64,000 nucleotides of DNA from Vicinamibacterales bacterium (GTDB taxonomy: Bacteria; Acidobacteriota; Vicinamibacteria; Vicinamibacterales; UBA8438): positions 1,585,300-1,649,299 of the forward strand of contig CBDCCN010000004.1 of assembly GCA_965214865.1 (NCBI GenBank), written 5' to 3'. Positions 50,888 to 59,764 of this stretch are shown piece after piece. Under the pieces are notes generated by a model. That model made no database searches, was not told the DNA's origin, and saw only the letters and a list, made by a program, of their open reading frames with translations. Both the position numbers and the translations under genes were made by a program. The number at the start of each line of letters is the position of its first letter. The first letter of the stretch is position 1.

Positions 50888-53254
50888 TCACCGGGCCGCG
50901 TCCGGATCCGTGCCGCTCGGCCACGGGATCGGCTCGTCGTCGGCGAACCGCCGCAGGACGTTCTCCGTGATCCGCGAGACGTCGTTGTCGTAGCCGTTGT
51001 AGGACAGGCTGCCGCTCCAGGCGATGGAGGCGGTCGAGAACACGGCGCCGCCGTTCGGGTATTCCAGGTACGCCATGTCGGCGTAAACGAGGACGTTCTC
51101 GGTCCCGCCCTGCCGCGAGTCCGACGTGTTGACCTCCTCGACCACGTGCTGGTAGGCGTCCGAGTGCCCGAACGACCGGGCCAGGATCAGCGTGTGGGCC
51201 GGTGATCCGAGGGCGTAGTCGACCCGGTCGAGCTCCGAGCCGGCCGCGCCGACGTCGAGGACCAGCGACGGGTGCTCGCCGATCAGCGCGTCCTCGTCGA
51301 GCCCCTCGAAGATGAACGCGGCGCGCGGATCGAAGCTGCCCGGCATCCGCCGGAACGGCGAGTTGCGGTCGAATCCCTGGGCGGTGAATCCGACGCCCAC
51401 CAGCATCTGCGGCGCCCGGCCGCGGAACCGCCAGAGGCCGCCGAACTCCCCGGTCGTGGCATGGTAGGTCTCGCCGGGCGCGCCCTGCCAGTGCTCGGTT
51501 CCGTGCTCGCGGCGGACCTCGATGAACCGCCCCGTCGGGTCCAGGCTGGTGATCCAGTAGAACCCGTTGCCGCCCATGTACATGAGGCGGCCGCCCCCGG
51601 TCAGGTACGCCTCCAGGGCGTCGAGCATCTGCACCGACGTGTACTCGGGATGCGTCCCGGTGAGGACGACGTTGTAGGGCTCGATCAGCGCCACGCCTTC
51701 GTGGTGGAGATCGTGGTCGGTGATGACGTCGACGTCGAAGCCCCTGGCGTCGAACCAGTCCACCAGGTGCGTATCCGCCATGAACTGCCAGGGGTTGCGG
51801 GTGGTGATCTTCGGCCGCATGTTGGTGATCGGCCGCAGCGCCGACGAGTAGGCGATGCCGCTGCCGTCGGTGTGGGTGGAGTACAGGCTCAATTGACCCT
51901 CTCCCTCGCGGCCGGTGCGGGCGTAGGCGAGATAGCTGAACGTCGGGACGAGGAACGCGATGCGGGCGGTCGTCGTCCCCCGTCGCGGCCGGACGAAGAA
52001 CGGCACGTGGTCTTCGCTCGTCGCGGTTCGCAACCGGGCGGCGTAGATGCCGCTCGCGAGGTCGTCCGGAATCCGGAGCTCGAATCCGACGTCCCAGCCG
52101 GCGTCGACGAGGTCGTCGTCGTGGAAGTAAATGGCGCCGTACTGGTCGCGCGCGTGCTTGAAATCCATCACCGTTGCGTTCCAGGTGTGTCCCGTGACGG
52201 CGCGGGTGGGGGCGTTGACCGTCCGCCCGTGCAATTCCCGCGGCGAACGGTCGCGCACGGTCTCCGATTCGACGTCGGCGGAGAAGTCCCAGTCGGCCAG
52301 CGCGTCGCCCGGCCCGCCGCCCTGTTCGATGGCGTCGATCTCGGCCGCGCGGAGGGCGCGATCGTAGATCCGGGGGTTGTCGATCTTGCCGTTGTAGTGC
52401 CCGGCGGCCGACCGCCTCCCGCCGGTGTGCGTCCAGTGCGCCGCGATCAGCAGCGGCAGATCGTTCGGCCCGACCGCCCGTACCGCCGCGGTCCGCTCCA
52501 CCGTGGCCCGCGTCGCGTCGCCGGGGAATCCGGTCCGGGGGCGCTGCACGAAGACCACCCGCCCGGTGGCGGCGTCGTAGCTCACCGCCGCGAAGTACCA
52601 GGAGGTGCGAACCCCGTGCGGCCGGGGTCTGGCGGCGCCGGGGATCGCGGACCGCCACGCGCGCAGCGGCGGCTCCGCGTGCAGCGTCTCGGTGGCGCCG
52701 TCCTCGCCGCCGAGCCGGAGCGCGAGCCGGCCCTCGGCGTCGATGAAGACGCCGTAGCCGCCCTCGGCGTCGTCGGACCACTTGGTGACGATGCCCTGCG
52801 CGGCGCGCTCGCCGAACGACATGCCCGGCGTCGTCGGCGCGATCCACGCGGTGACGGTGAAGCTCCCGCGCAGTCGCAGGGCCGGCGCGTCCGGCACCAG
52901 CACGAAGGAACCGAACGGCAGCTCCTGCCGGCGGCCCGCGTAGTCGCCGCTCACCGGCGTCTCGATCAGCGTCTCCTTGAATCCCGGCCCGTTCGGGTTG
53001 GCGTCGCCGTGGATCAGCCGCACGACGTCGGCCCGGTATTCCGGCTCCTCGCTGCTCACCATGAACCGGATGGTCTCGCCCGGCTGGACGCTCAGGCGAT
53101 CCGCGTAGCCGACGATGCCGCGCTCCCGCAGCATCTCCGGCACCTCGGTGGAGCGCTGCTGCGCGACCTGGGCCGTCGCGCTCGCGGCGAGCAGCGCTGC
53201 AACGGCCGGCGCCGCGGCGGCCACGACGTGCGCACGCATCCGGATGGCGGCCAT
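50888..53254 (-). CDS. secreted LamG-domain protein of the N,N-dimethylformamidase beta-subunit-like family
   Basis: GAGGAGG precedes the ATG at 53254. The signal peptide is MAAIRMRAHVVAAAAPAVAALLAASATAQ. A LamG-like segment follows (FTVTAWIAPTTPG...GIVTKWSDDAEGGYGVFID). The large C-terminal domain resembles DMFase large-subunit homologues (YMGGNGFYW, TGEFGGLWR). The family call is from memory of the motifs. Confidence 0.65.
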   Translation of the reverse strand: MAAIRMRAHVVAAAAPAVAALLAASATAQVAQQRSTEVPEMLRERGIVGYADRLSVQPGETIRFMVSSEEPEYRADVVRLIHGDANPNGPGFKETLIETPVSGDYAGRRQELPFGSFVLVPDAPALRLRGSFTVTAWIAPTTPGMSFGERAAQGIVTKWSDDAEGGYGVFIDAEGRLALRLGGEDGATETLHAEPPLRAWRSAIPGAARPRPHGVRTSWYFAAVSYDAATGRVVFVQRPRTGFPGDATRATVERTAAVRAVGPNDLPLLIAAHWTHTGGRRSAAGHYNGKIDNPRIYDRALRAAEIDAIEQGGGPGDALADWDFSADVESETVRDRSPRELHGRTVNAPTRAVTGHTWNATVMDFKHARDQYGAIYFHDDDLVDAGWDVGFELRIPDDLASGIYAARLRTATSEDHVPFFVRPRRGTTTARIAFLVPTFSYLAYARTGREGEGQLSLYSTHTDGSGIAYSSALRPITNMRPKITTRNPWQFMADTHLVDWFDARGFDVDVITDHDLHHEGVALIEPYNVVLTGTHPEYTSVQMLDALEAYLTGGGRLMYMGGNGFYWITSLDPTGRFIEVRREHGTEHWQGAPGETYHATTGEFGGLWRFRGRAPQMLVGVGFTAQGFDRNSPFRRMPGSFDPRAAFIFEGLDEDALIGEHPSLVLDVGAAGSELDRVDYALGSPAHTLILARSFGHSDAYQHVVEEVNTSDSRQGGTENVLVYADMAYLEYPNGGAVFSTASIAWSGSLSYNGYDNDVSRITENVLRRFADDEPIPWPSGTDPDAAR

Positions 53255-53267
53255 GGGGTGCCTCCTC

Positions 53268-54716
53268 TCAGCCTTCCGTGGTGATGGCGGTCTCGAGCGC
53301 CGCGCCGCTCCGCAGCACCGCCGGCGAAGACGCCTGCTCGAGGAAGATCTCCGGCCCGCCGCCGCCGTCGGCGGGGAGCACCCACACGTCCGCGATCGGC
53401 GATCCGGTCTCTTCCGGCAGGGCGTACAGAACGCGGTCGTCGTCGAGCCACTCGACTTGGTCGTCGACGCTGCGCGTCTCGGCCAGCGGGGTCTCCTCCA
53501 GCGTCTCCAGGTCGAGCACATGCGGTTGCCAGTGCGCCCTTGCGCTGCCCGGCATCCGTTTCTTGAAGGCGACGCGCGTCTCGTCCGGCGACAGGGCGGG
53601 GCATTCGATGCCGTCGGTGACCACGCGCAGGGTGCGGTCCGCGAGGCTGCCCTCGACCAGGTACATCACGCCCCCGGTGCCGAGGGTGGCGAAGAAGCGA
53701 TCGCCGTCCGCCGCGAACGTCACGCCCCAGAAGTTGAAATCCAGCGAGTGGAACGGCTGTCCGTCACGCACGACCGGAAGCTCCTCCAGGTTCGCCACGA
53801 CCGGCGCGCCCGTCTCCGTGTCGACGATGCCGGTCTCGGTGGAGAAGAGGCTGTCCGCGTACGAGTGACCCGACACGAAGACGGTGATCGCGGCGTGGCG
53901 GCCGTCGGGCGAGACGCGCGTGCGGCTGGGGATGCCGTTGAGCGGCACCCGATGCCGCGGGCGGAAGGCCGCGTCGAACAGCACCGCGGTGTAGGTGGTG
54001 AAGAACTGGCGTTCCACGACCAGGCACGAGCCGTGTCCGGCGGCGAAGTGAAGACGGTGGCACTGGAGCGGCGTGGCCTCGCGCGTGCGCCGGCCGGGCA
54101 GTTCGGTCTCCACGGCCAGAAAGCCGTGACTGCGATCGAGCCCGGTGTGGCGGACGAGGAACCGGCGCCCGGGAGACGGAGCCGCGTGCTCCTCCGATGC
54201 GGATTCGGCAAAGCTCGGCGGTCGCTCGGTCGAGGCGGGCTCACCCGCGTCCGGAAGCCTCTCCGCCGCCGTCGGGTCCTTGCGCGAGGTGTCCGCATCC
54301 GCCGCGCCGGCGGTGCGCCCCGACGCGGTCGGGGTCGCCGGGGTCGCTCCCGCCGCCCGCTCGGCAAGACGCTCTGCGCCCGCGCTCGTTTCCTGCGGAG
54401 CCGCCGGTGCGGGTGGGAGACGCGCGGGCGATACCGGGTCGGGTCGGACGGGCGCCGCGTCGAGCGATCCGCTGCGCGGGGGCAGGCCGCTCCCGCCGGC
54501 CCGGTCGGTGGACCGCGCGATCGCGAACCATGCGTACGCGCCGGTCAGCAGGGCGCAGAGCGCGCACAGCAGCAGGAAACGCGCGGCGTTCGAAGGTTCG
54601 GGCGCCGCGCCGCTCCCGGCGCCCCGCGAGGCGCCGCCGCCGGCCCCCCGGCGCGCGGCGTCCACCCCGGCGCGTTCCGCCGCGCGCCGCTCAGGCGGTC
54701 GCGTTTCGTCCGCCAT
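53268..54716 (-). CDS. membrane-anchored protein with TolB/PD40-like beta-propeller repeats
   Basis: The N-terminal region is Arg/Ala-rich and cytoplasmic. One TM segment follows (FLLLCALCALLTGAYAWFAIA), then a low-complexity linker, then repeats of the SPDG/SPDE type (VSPDGRHAAITV, LSPDETRVAFKK, FAADGDRFFATL). It ends 13 nt before the DMFase-like gene. Confidence 0.55.
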   Translation of the reverse strand: MADETRPPERRAAERAGVDAARRGAGGGASRGAGSGAAPEPSNAARFLLLCALCALLTGAYAWFAIARSTDRAGGSGLPPRSGSLDAAPVRPDPVSPARLPPAPAAPQETSAGAERLAERAAGATPATPTASGRTAGAADADTSRKDPTAAERLPDAGEPASTERPPSFAESASEEHAAPSPGRRFLVRHTGLDRSHGFLAVETELPGRRTREATPLQCHRLHFAAGHGSCLVVERQFFTTYTAVLFDAAFRPRHRVPLNGIPSRTRVSPDGRHAAITVFVSGHSYADSLFSTETGIVDTETGAPVVANLEELPVVRDGQPFHSLDFNFWGVTFAADGDRFFATLGTGGVMYLVEGSLADRTLRVVTDGIECPALSPDETRVAFKKRMPGSARAHWQPHVLDLETLEETPLAETRSVDDQVEWLDDDRVLYALPEETGSPIADVWVLPADGGGGPEIFLEQASSPAVLRSGAALETAITTEG

Positions 54717-55965
54717 CGCCGGCACCCCCCCGCAGCGCCGCCGTGGCCAGGACGGTGGCGCCGCCGAGCGCGATCGTGAACCAGACCAACGTCTGCAGCG
54801 GACCGTACGCCGCCCACGCCGCGCCGAAGGCGATGGATGCCGCCAGCCGCCCGAGACTCGTCATGGTGGTCAGCAGGGCAAGGCCCGTACCCCGGACCTC
54901 CGCGGGCAGCATGGCGCTCGCCAGCGCCATCAGCACGCCCTCCGTCAACGCATAATAGCCACCCAGCAGCAGGATGCATACCGCCAGCTCGGAGAGGGAC
55001 ACCTCGCCGGAAGCGGCGGTCAGGTACGCCAGCAGCAGCATCCCGTGTCCGGCGAGAAACGTGGTGCGGCGGCCGACGCGGTCCGCCAGCATCCCGGCCG
55101 GCAGGGCCAGCAGCAGGAAACTGCCCGCGGTCCCGACGTAGAGGAGCGGGAACAGGCCCGGGTTCAGCCCGGTGCGCTGCTGCAGAACGAGATAGAGGAA
55201 GCCGTCGCTGACGGTGGCCAGAGCGAGCAGCGTCCCGGCGCAGGTCAGTCCGGCGAACCCGCGCGCGGCGAACAGGGAGCGGATGGCCCGGCCGGGTTGC
55301 AGCGGTGTTTCCCGGTCCGGGGCCAGGCCGCGCGCGCTCCTGACGAACAGCCAGAGGACGCCGACGCCGATGACGGCGACCGCGAAGCTCGCGACGAAGA
55401 CCAGGTCGTAGGCATCCGGCGCGGCGGACAGGATGGCGAGCGCCACGAGCGGCCCCGCCATCGCGCCTGCGCTGTCGAGCGCGCGGTGGACGCCGAAGCT
55501 GGCGGCCAGGCCGGCGCGCCCGCTGCTCAGCGAGATCAACGCATCGCGCGGCGCCGCCCGCAGGCCCTTCGCGGCGCGGTCCACCGCGACGATCGCCGCG
55601 ATCAGCGGCCAGGCGCCGCCTGCCCCGAGCAGCCCGATCCGGCACAGCGCCGAGGCGCCGTAGCCGACCGCGGCTACCTCCTTGTCGCGTCGCGTGCGAT
55701 CCGAGGCGAAGCCCCCGGCCAGCCGCAACAGGGCGGTCATGCCGTGGTACAGGCCGTCGACCAGTCCGAACTGCAGCGGGGTGAGGCCGAGGTACAGCAC
55801 CAAGTAGATCGGCAGCACGGTCGCGACCATCTCGGACGAGACGTCCGTCAGCAGGCTCGTGAACCCGAGCGCCACGACGTTGCGGCTGACGTGCGGCCGG
55901 AACCGCCCGCCCCGCAGGGTCCGCACGGTCCGGCGCAACGCGGCCGCGGCGTCGACCTGGTACAT
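54691..55965 (-). CDS. MFS transporter
   Basis: 424 aa and polytopic. FTSLLTDVSSEMVATVLPIYLV and GGFASDRTRRDKEV are typical of an MFS subfamily. It overlaps the downstream gene by 26-35 nt. Confidence 0.85.
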   Translation of the reverse strand: MYQVDAAAALRRTVRTLRGGRFRPHVSRNVVALGFTSLLTDVSSEMVATVLPIYLVLYLGLTPLQFGLVDGLYHGMTALLRLAGGFASDRTRRDKEVAAVGYGASALCRIGLLGAGGAWPLIAAIVAVDRAAKGLRAAPRDALISLSSGRAGLAASFGVHRALDSAGAMAGPLVALAILSAAPDAYDLVFVASFAVAVIGVGVLWLFVRSARGLAPDRETPLQPGRAIRSLFAARGFAGLTCAGTLLALATVSDGFLYLVLQQRTGLNPGLFPLLYVGTAGSFLLLALPAGMLADRVGRRTTFLAGHGMLLLAYLTAASGEVSLSELAVCILLLGGYYALTEGVLMALASAMLPAEVRGTGLALLTTMTSLGRLAASIAFGAAWAAYGPLQTLVWFTIALGGATVLATAALRGGAGDGGRNATA

Positions 55966-55977
55966 GGCGGCCCTCCA

Positions 55978-56086
55978 GGCGCGGCGTCCGACCCGACCGT
56001 CCTTCGCCGGCCCGCGCGCCCGCCGTCACGTCGGCGACGACCCGCCCCGCGGCGCGGCGTCCGACCCGGCCGTCCTTCGCCGGCCC
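55978..56086. repeat. two 36-bp direct repeats (35/36 identical) in a divergent promoter region
   Basis: GGCGCGGCGTCCGACCCGACCGTCCTTCGCCGGCCC lies at 55978-56013 and the same sequence with a single A>G change at 56051-56086. The start-to-start spacing is 73 bp. They sit between the MFS gene (minus) and the heme/TPR gene (plus). Confidence 0.85.
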
Positions 56087-56157
56087 CCTCATCGTGACAG
56101 AATGGCCGGAAGTCTGCGCGGTAGAACGGTACAGAATCCTGGAGCCGAACCTGCACC

Positions 56158-58134
56158 ATGAAGTCCGTGCGAGCGGTGCTGATGGCGTACGGTCCAGTCG
56201 TCGCAATCGCTCTGGGTTCGCCTGCGTCGGCCTCGGTCGCCGCCGCCCAGGAACAGGCGGCGCGCGCCGTCACCTACAACGCGCAGATCGCTCCGATTCT
56301 GAACCGGCACTGCGTCTCGTGTCATCGCCCGGACGCGGTCGCTCCCTTCAGCCTTTCGACCTACGTCGAGGTCCGCGCCCGCGCCCGGATGGTCGCCGGC
56401 GTGACGCGGCGTCGCGTCATGCCGCCCTGGAAGCCGGCGCCCGGCGTGGCGCGCTTCCTGGGCGAGCGGCGCCTCGGCGGTGACGAAATCGACCTCATCC
56501 AGCGGTGGGTCGCGGCGGGCGCTCCCGAAGGAGACCCCGATCGGGCGCCCGAACCGCCGTCCTGGCCGGACGGGTGGATGCGCGGCACGCCGGATCTCGT
56601 CGTCACCATGGCTGCCCCCTACCTGCTGCCGGCGGAGGGGGAGGACGTCTACCGGAACTTCGTCGTACCGGTGCCGATTGCGGGCGCACGTTTCGTCGAG
56701 GCGATCGAACTGCGGCCCGCCACGACGCGCGGCATTCACCACGCCCGGATCCTGGTGGACCGCTCCGGCTCGGCCCGTCGACGGGACGCCGCCGACCCGC
56801 TTTCGGGCTACGACGGTCGCCACGTCGACCGCGCGCGATCTCCCGACGGGCACTTTCTGGGCTGGGCCCCGGGCACGGTCCCGAACGAAGTCCCGGACCG
56901 TCTGGCCTGGCGCCTCGAACCGGGTACCGACCTCGTGCTCGAGACCCATCTCGTGCCGCGGGGCGAGCCGACGCCGGTCCGGGTGGCGGTCGGTTTCTTC
57001 TTCACGAACACCGTCCCGACCGAAACGCCGGCGGTGGTGCAGCTTGGATCCCAGACCATCGACATCCCCGCGGGAGCGTCCGCCCACGTCGTGGAGGACA
57101 GGTATCGACTGCCCGCCGGCGTCGATCTGCTGGCCGTCTATCCGCACGCGCATTTTCTCGCCCGGCGGGTGCAGGCCGACGCGCTTCTGCCGGACGGAAC
57201 GGTCCGGCCGCTGATCCGGATCGACGACTGGGACTTCGCGTGGCAGGACGAATACCGCTACGTCGAACCGGTGCGTCTGCCGGCGGGAACGGAAGTGGTG
57301 ATGCGCTTCGTGTTCGACAACTCGGCGCGCAATCCGAACAACCCGAGCCGTCCTCCGCGCCGGGTTCGATTCGGTCCGCGATCGACGGACGAGATGGCGG
57401 AGTTGATGCTGCAGGTGCTGCCGGTCGATGCGGCGGATCGTCCCGCCCTCGTGCGAGACGCGGCACGGCACGTGGCCCGGGTGGTGCTCGCCGGATCCAG
57501 GCTGGCGCTCGCCGGCGCTCCCGACGACGCCCTGCTCTGGGAGCGGGTCGGTAACGACCTGGTCGCAGTCGGGCGGCTGGGCGAGGCGATCCGGCACCTG
57601 GAGCAGTCGTTGCGGATCGCCCCGGACCGTGCTTCCGCCCAGTACCGGGCGGGGACGGCGCTGGCGATGGTCGGAAGAACCGCCGACGCGATGGAGCGTT
57701 ACCGGCTCGCTCTCGACCTGCGGCCGGACTTCGTCGAGGCGCACAACAACCTGGGCGGGCTCCTGCATCTGTCCGGCGACCTCGAGGGCGCCGCGCGGCA
57801 CTACCGCCGGACGCTGGCCCTGGATCCCGCCCATGCGAACGCGCACTTCAATCTGGGCAACATCCTGCTGGGCGCGGGACGCTTCGCGGAGGCCGAGCAC
57901 GAGTTCCGTGGCGCGCTGGCGGTCCGGCCCGGCTTCGCGGACGCGCACCTCGGTCTCGGCAGCGCGTTGGCCGCTCGGGGCAGGCGCGCCGGTGCGGTGG
58001 AGGCGTATCGCGCCGCCCTGCGCCTGGATCCGAACCTGTCCGAGGCCCGCCGCCGGCTGCGGCGCGCGCTCGGCCAGCGGGAAGCCTCCCGGGAACCCGG
58101 CGTCCGCCCCGTCAGGGAAGCTCCGCCGCGGTGA
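56158..58134 (+). CDS. secreted heme-c (CxxCH) / PHM-like (copper monooxygenase fold) / TPR multidomain protein
   Basis: A signal peptide is followed by a PSCyt-like IAPILNRHCVSCHRPDAVAPFSLSTY. The middle region carries HAHFLARRV...IDDWDFAWQDEY...FDNSARNPNNP, as in Cu2-monooxygenase C-terminal-like domains. The C-terminal roughly 200 aa are TPR repeats. Confidence 0.7.
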   Translation: MKSVRAVLMAYGPVVAIALGSPASASVAAAQEQAARAVTYNAQIAPILNRHCVSCHRPDAVAPFSLSTYVEVRARARMVAGVTRRRVMPPWKPAPGVARFLGERRLGGDEIDLIQRWVAAGAPEGDPDRAPEPPSWPDGWMRGTPDLVVTMAAPYLLPAEGEDVYRNFVVPVPIAGARFVEAIELRPATTRGIHHARILVDRSGSARRRDAADPLSGYDGRHVDRARSPDGHFLGWAPGTVPNEVPDRLAWRLEPGTDLVLETHLVPRGEPTPVRVAVGFFFTNTVPTETPAVVQLGSQTIDIPAGASAHVVEDRYRLPAGVDLLAVYPHAHFLARRVQADALLPDGTVRPLIRIDDWDFAWQDEYRYVEPVRLPAGTEVVMRFVFDNSARNPNNPSRPPRRVRFGPRSTDEMAELMLQVLPVDAADRPALVRDAARHVARVVLAGSRLALAGAPDDALLWERVGNDLVAVGRLGEAIRHLEQSLRIAPDRASAQYRAGTALAMVGRTADAMERYRLALDLRPDFVEAHNNLGGLLHLSGDLEGAARHYRRTLALDPAHANAHFNLGNILLGAGRFAEAEHEFRGALAVRPGFADAHLGLGSALAARGRRAGAVEAYRAALRLDPNLSEARRRLRRALGQREASREPGVRPVREAPPR

Positions 58135-59764
58135 AAGGCGTCCGGCACGGCCGGCCCGCCTCGTACAGCGCGAGGTTGCCCGCCATGCGCTGCACGGCGT
58201 CGGTCAGGCCGGCGTCGCGGGCGGCCGCCATGACGTCACGTTGCACGGCCGCCGCCTGGTCGAACAGACCCATCTCGGCCAGGGCCATCGCGGCCGTCTC
58301 GCCCAACGCGAAGTTCTGTCCCTGCTCGAGCAGCGCTTCGACGAGCGCCATCGCCCGGCGGCCGTCGCGGACCCGCTCGGCCGGCGCGCTGGCCAGCAGT
58401 CGCGCGAGCGCGTGCTGGAACATCGGGTCCCCGGGGTTCGCTTCGACGCCCTCCTGCAGCCGATCCCGGGCGGCGCGGTATCTCTCCAGGCGAACCAGCG
58501 CCATCGCGGCGCCGAACGCCGCCTCGGGTCGGGCGGGATTCTGCGCCAGCGCCTGCTCGTAGTGGGCGAGCGCTTCGGCCGGACGCCCGCTGCGCGCGAG
58601 GACGTCGGCGAGTTGCACGCGCGCCTGGAGGTAGGCCGGGTCGTGCTGCAGCACCGTCGACAAGTGCTCGATCGCTTCCTGGTGCCGTCCCTGGTCGGCC
58701 AGGAGCACACCGAGGCTGAACTGCGCCTGGGGGTGCTCGGGCGCGGTCCGCACCGCCCGCTCGAAGGCTTCCATGGCGCCGTCGAGGTCGCCCGACTGGA
58801 ACAGCGCGACGCCGAGCCGCTGCCGCAGGGAGGGATCGTCCGGATCGAGCTCGAGACCGCGGCGGAACAGGTCGGCGGCCGCGCGGTAGTTGCCGGCGTC
58901 GAGCGCCCGGCCGCCCCGGATGTTGTACGCGTTCGCGCTCTCGAGAAGCTCGTCGAGCTCCTGTCTCAGCGGATCCGGCGGCAGCGCCTCGACGTCTCCC
59001 TGGCGCCGCAGGTGCGCCTCGGCCTTCCCGGTATCGCCGAGCCCCCGGTAGGCGAGCGCGAGCGGGTAGTGAACGGCGGTCGCCCACGGTGCGGCGCTCA
59101 GCCCCTGTTCGAATCGCGCCGCCGCGTCCGCGTAGTCCCGGCGGGCCAGCGCGACCCGGCCCAGGCCGACCTGCGCCGCGGCGGCGTCCGGGTGCCGCTC
59201 GAGGGCCCGGCCGTAGATCTGCTCCGCGGCGTCGAACTCGCCCCGTGCGAAGAGCACGTCGGCCAGCAGCATGCGCGTGGCAAGGTCGTCAGGTCGGAGC
59301 GCCGCCGCGCGCCGGTACGAACGCGCCGACGCCTCGAGATCCCCGATCGCCTCGTGGACCCGTCCGAGATGGTACGGCCACCGTGCTTCGTCCGGCGCCA
59401 GCGTCTGCGCGTTCCGCAGACTCGCTTCCGCCGCGTCGACGTAGGTCGCGGCCAGCAGCAGCATGCCGAGCCGGCCGTAGGCGTCGCCGAGCGCCTCCGG
59501 CTCGGTCGCCGCGGTTCCCAGGCGCACGCGGACGGCCGTCCGGTGGGTCCGCATCTGCTGCGCGACCGGCTCGGTCATGGTTGCGAAGTCGGGCATCGTG
59601 ACGGGGAGCAGCCCGTGGCCGTCCGGCGGGAGCAGCACCGATCCCGCCGCGGGCCCGGACGAGTCGGCGGGGGCGGTCGTCGGCATGCCGGTGTCGCAGC
59701 CCGCACTCAGTACGCCGATGCAGCACAACGCGCACGACACGCCGGCACGCCGGTGGGAGTTCAT
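58112..59764 (-). CDS. TPR-repeat lipoprotein (partner of CRTAC1-family gene), copy 1
   Basis: The internal ATG at 59764 is preceded by GGAGG and overlaps the upstream stop (ATGA). Lipobox LSAGC. TPR repeats run throughout. It is colinear and roughly 45-50% identical by eye to the 61708-63390 product. Confidence 0.8.
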   Translation of the reverse strand: MNSHRRAGVSCALCCIGVLSAGCDTGMPTTAPADSSGPAAGSVLLPPDGHGLLPVTMPDFATMTEPVAQQMRTHRTAVRVRLGTAATEPEALGDAYGRLGMLLLAATYVDAAEASLRNAQTLAPDEARWPYHLGRVHEAIGDLEASARSYRRAAALRPDDLATRMLLADVLFARGEFDAAEQIYGRALERHPDAAAAQVGLGRVALARRDYADAAARFEQGLSAAPWATAVHYPLALAYRGLGDTGKAEAHLRRQGDVEALPPDPLRQELDELLESANAYNIRGGRALDAGNYRAAADLFRRGLELDPDDPSLRQRLGVALFQSGDLDGAMEAFERAVRTAPEHPQAQFSLGVLLADQGRHQEAIEHLSTVLQHDPAYLQARVQLADVLARSGRPAEALAHYEQALAQNPARPEAAFGAAMALVRLERYRAARDRLQEGVEANPGDPMFQHALARLLASAPAERVRDGRRAMALVEALLEQGQNFALGETAAMALAEMGLFDQAAAVQRDVMAAARDAGLTDAVQRMAGNLALYEAGRPCRTPFTAAELP

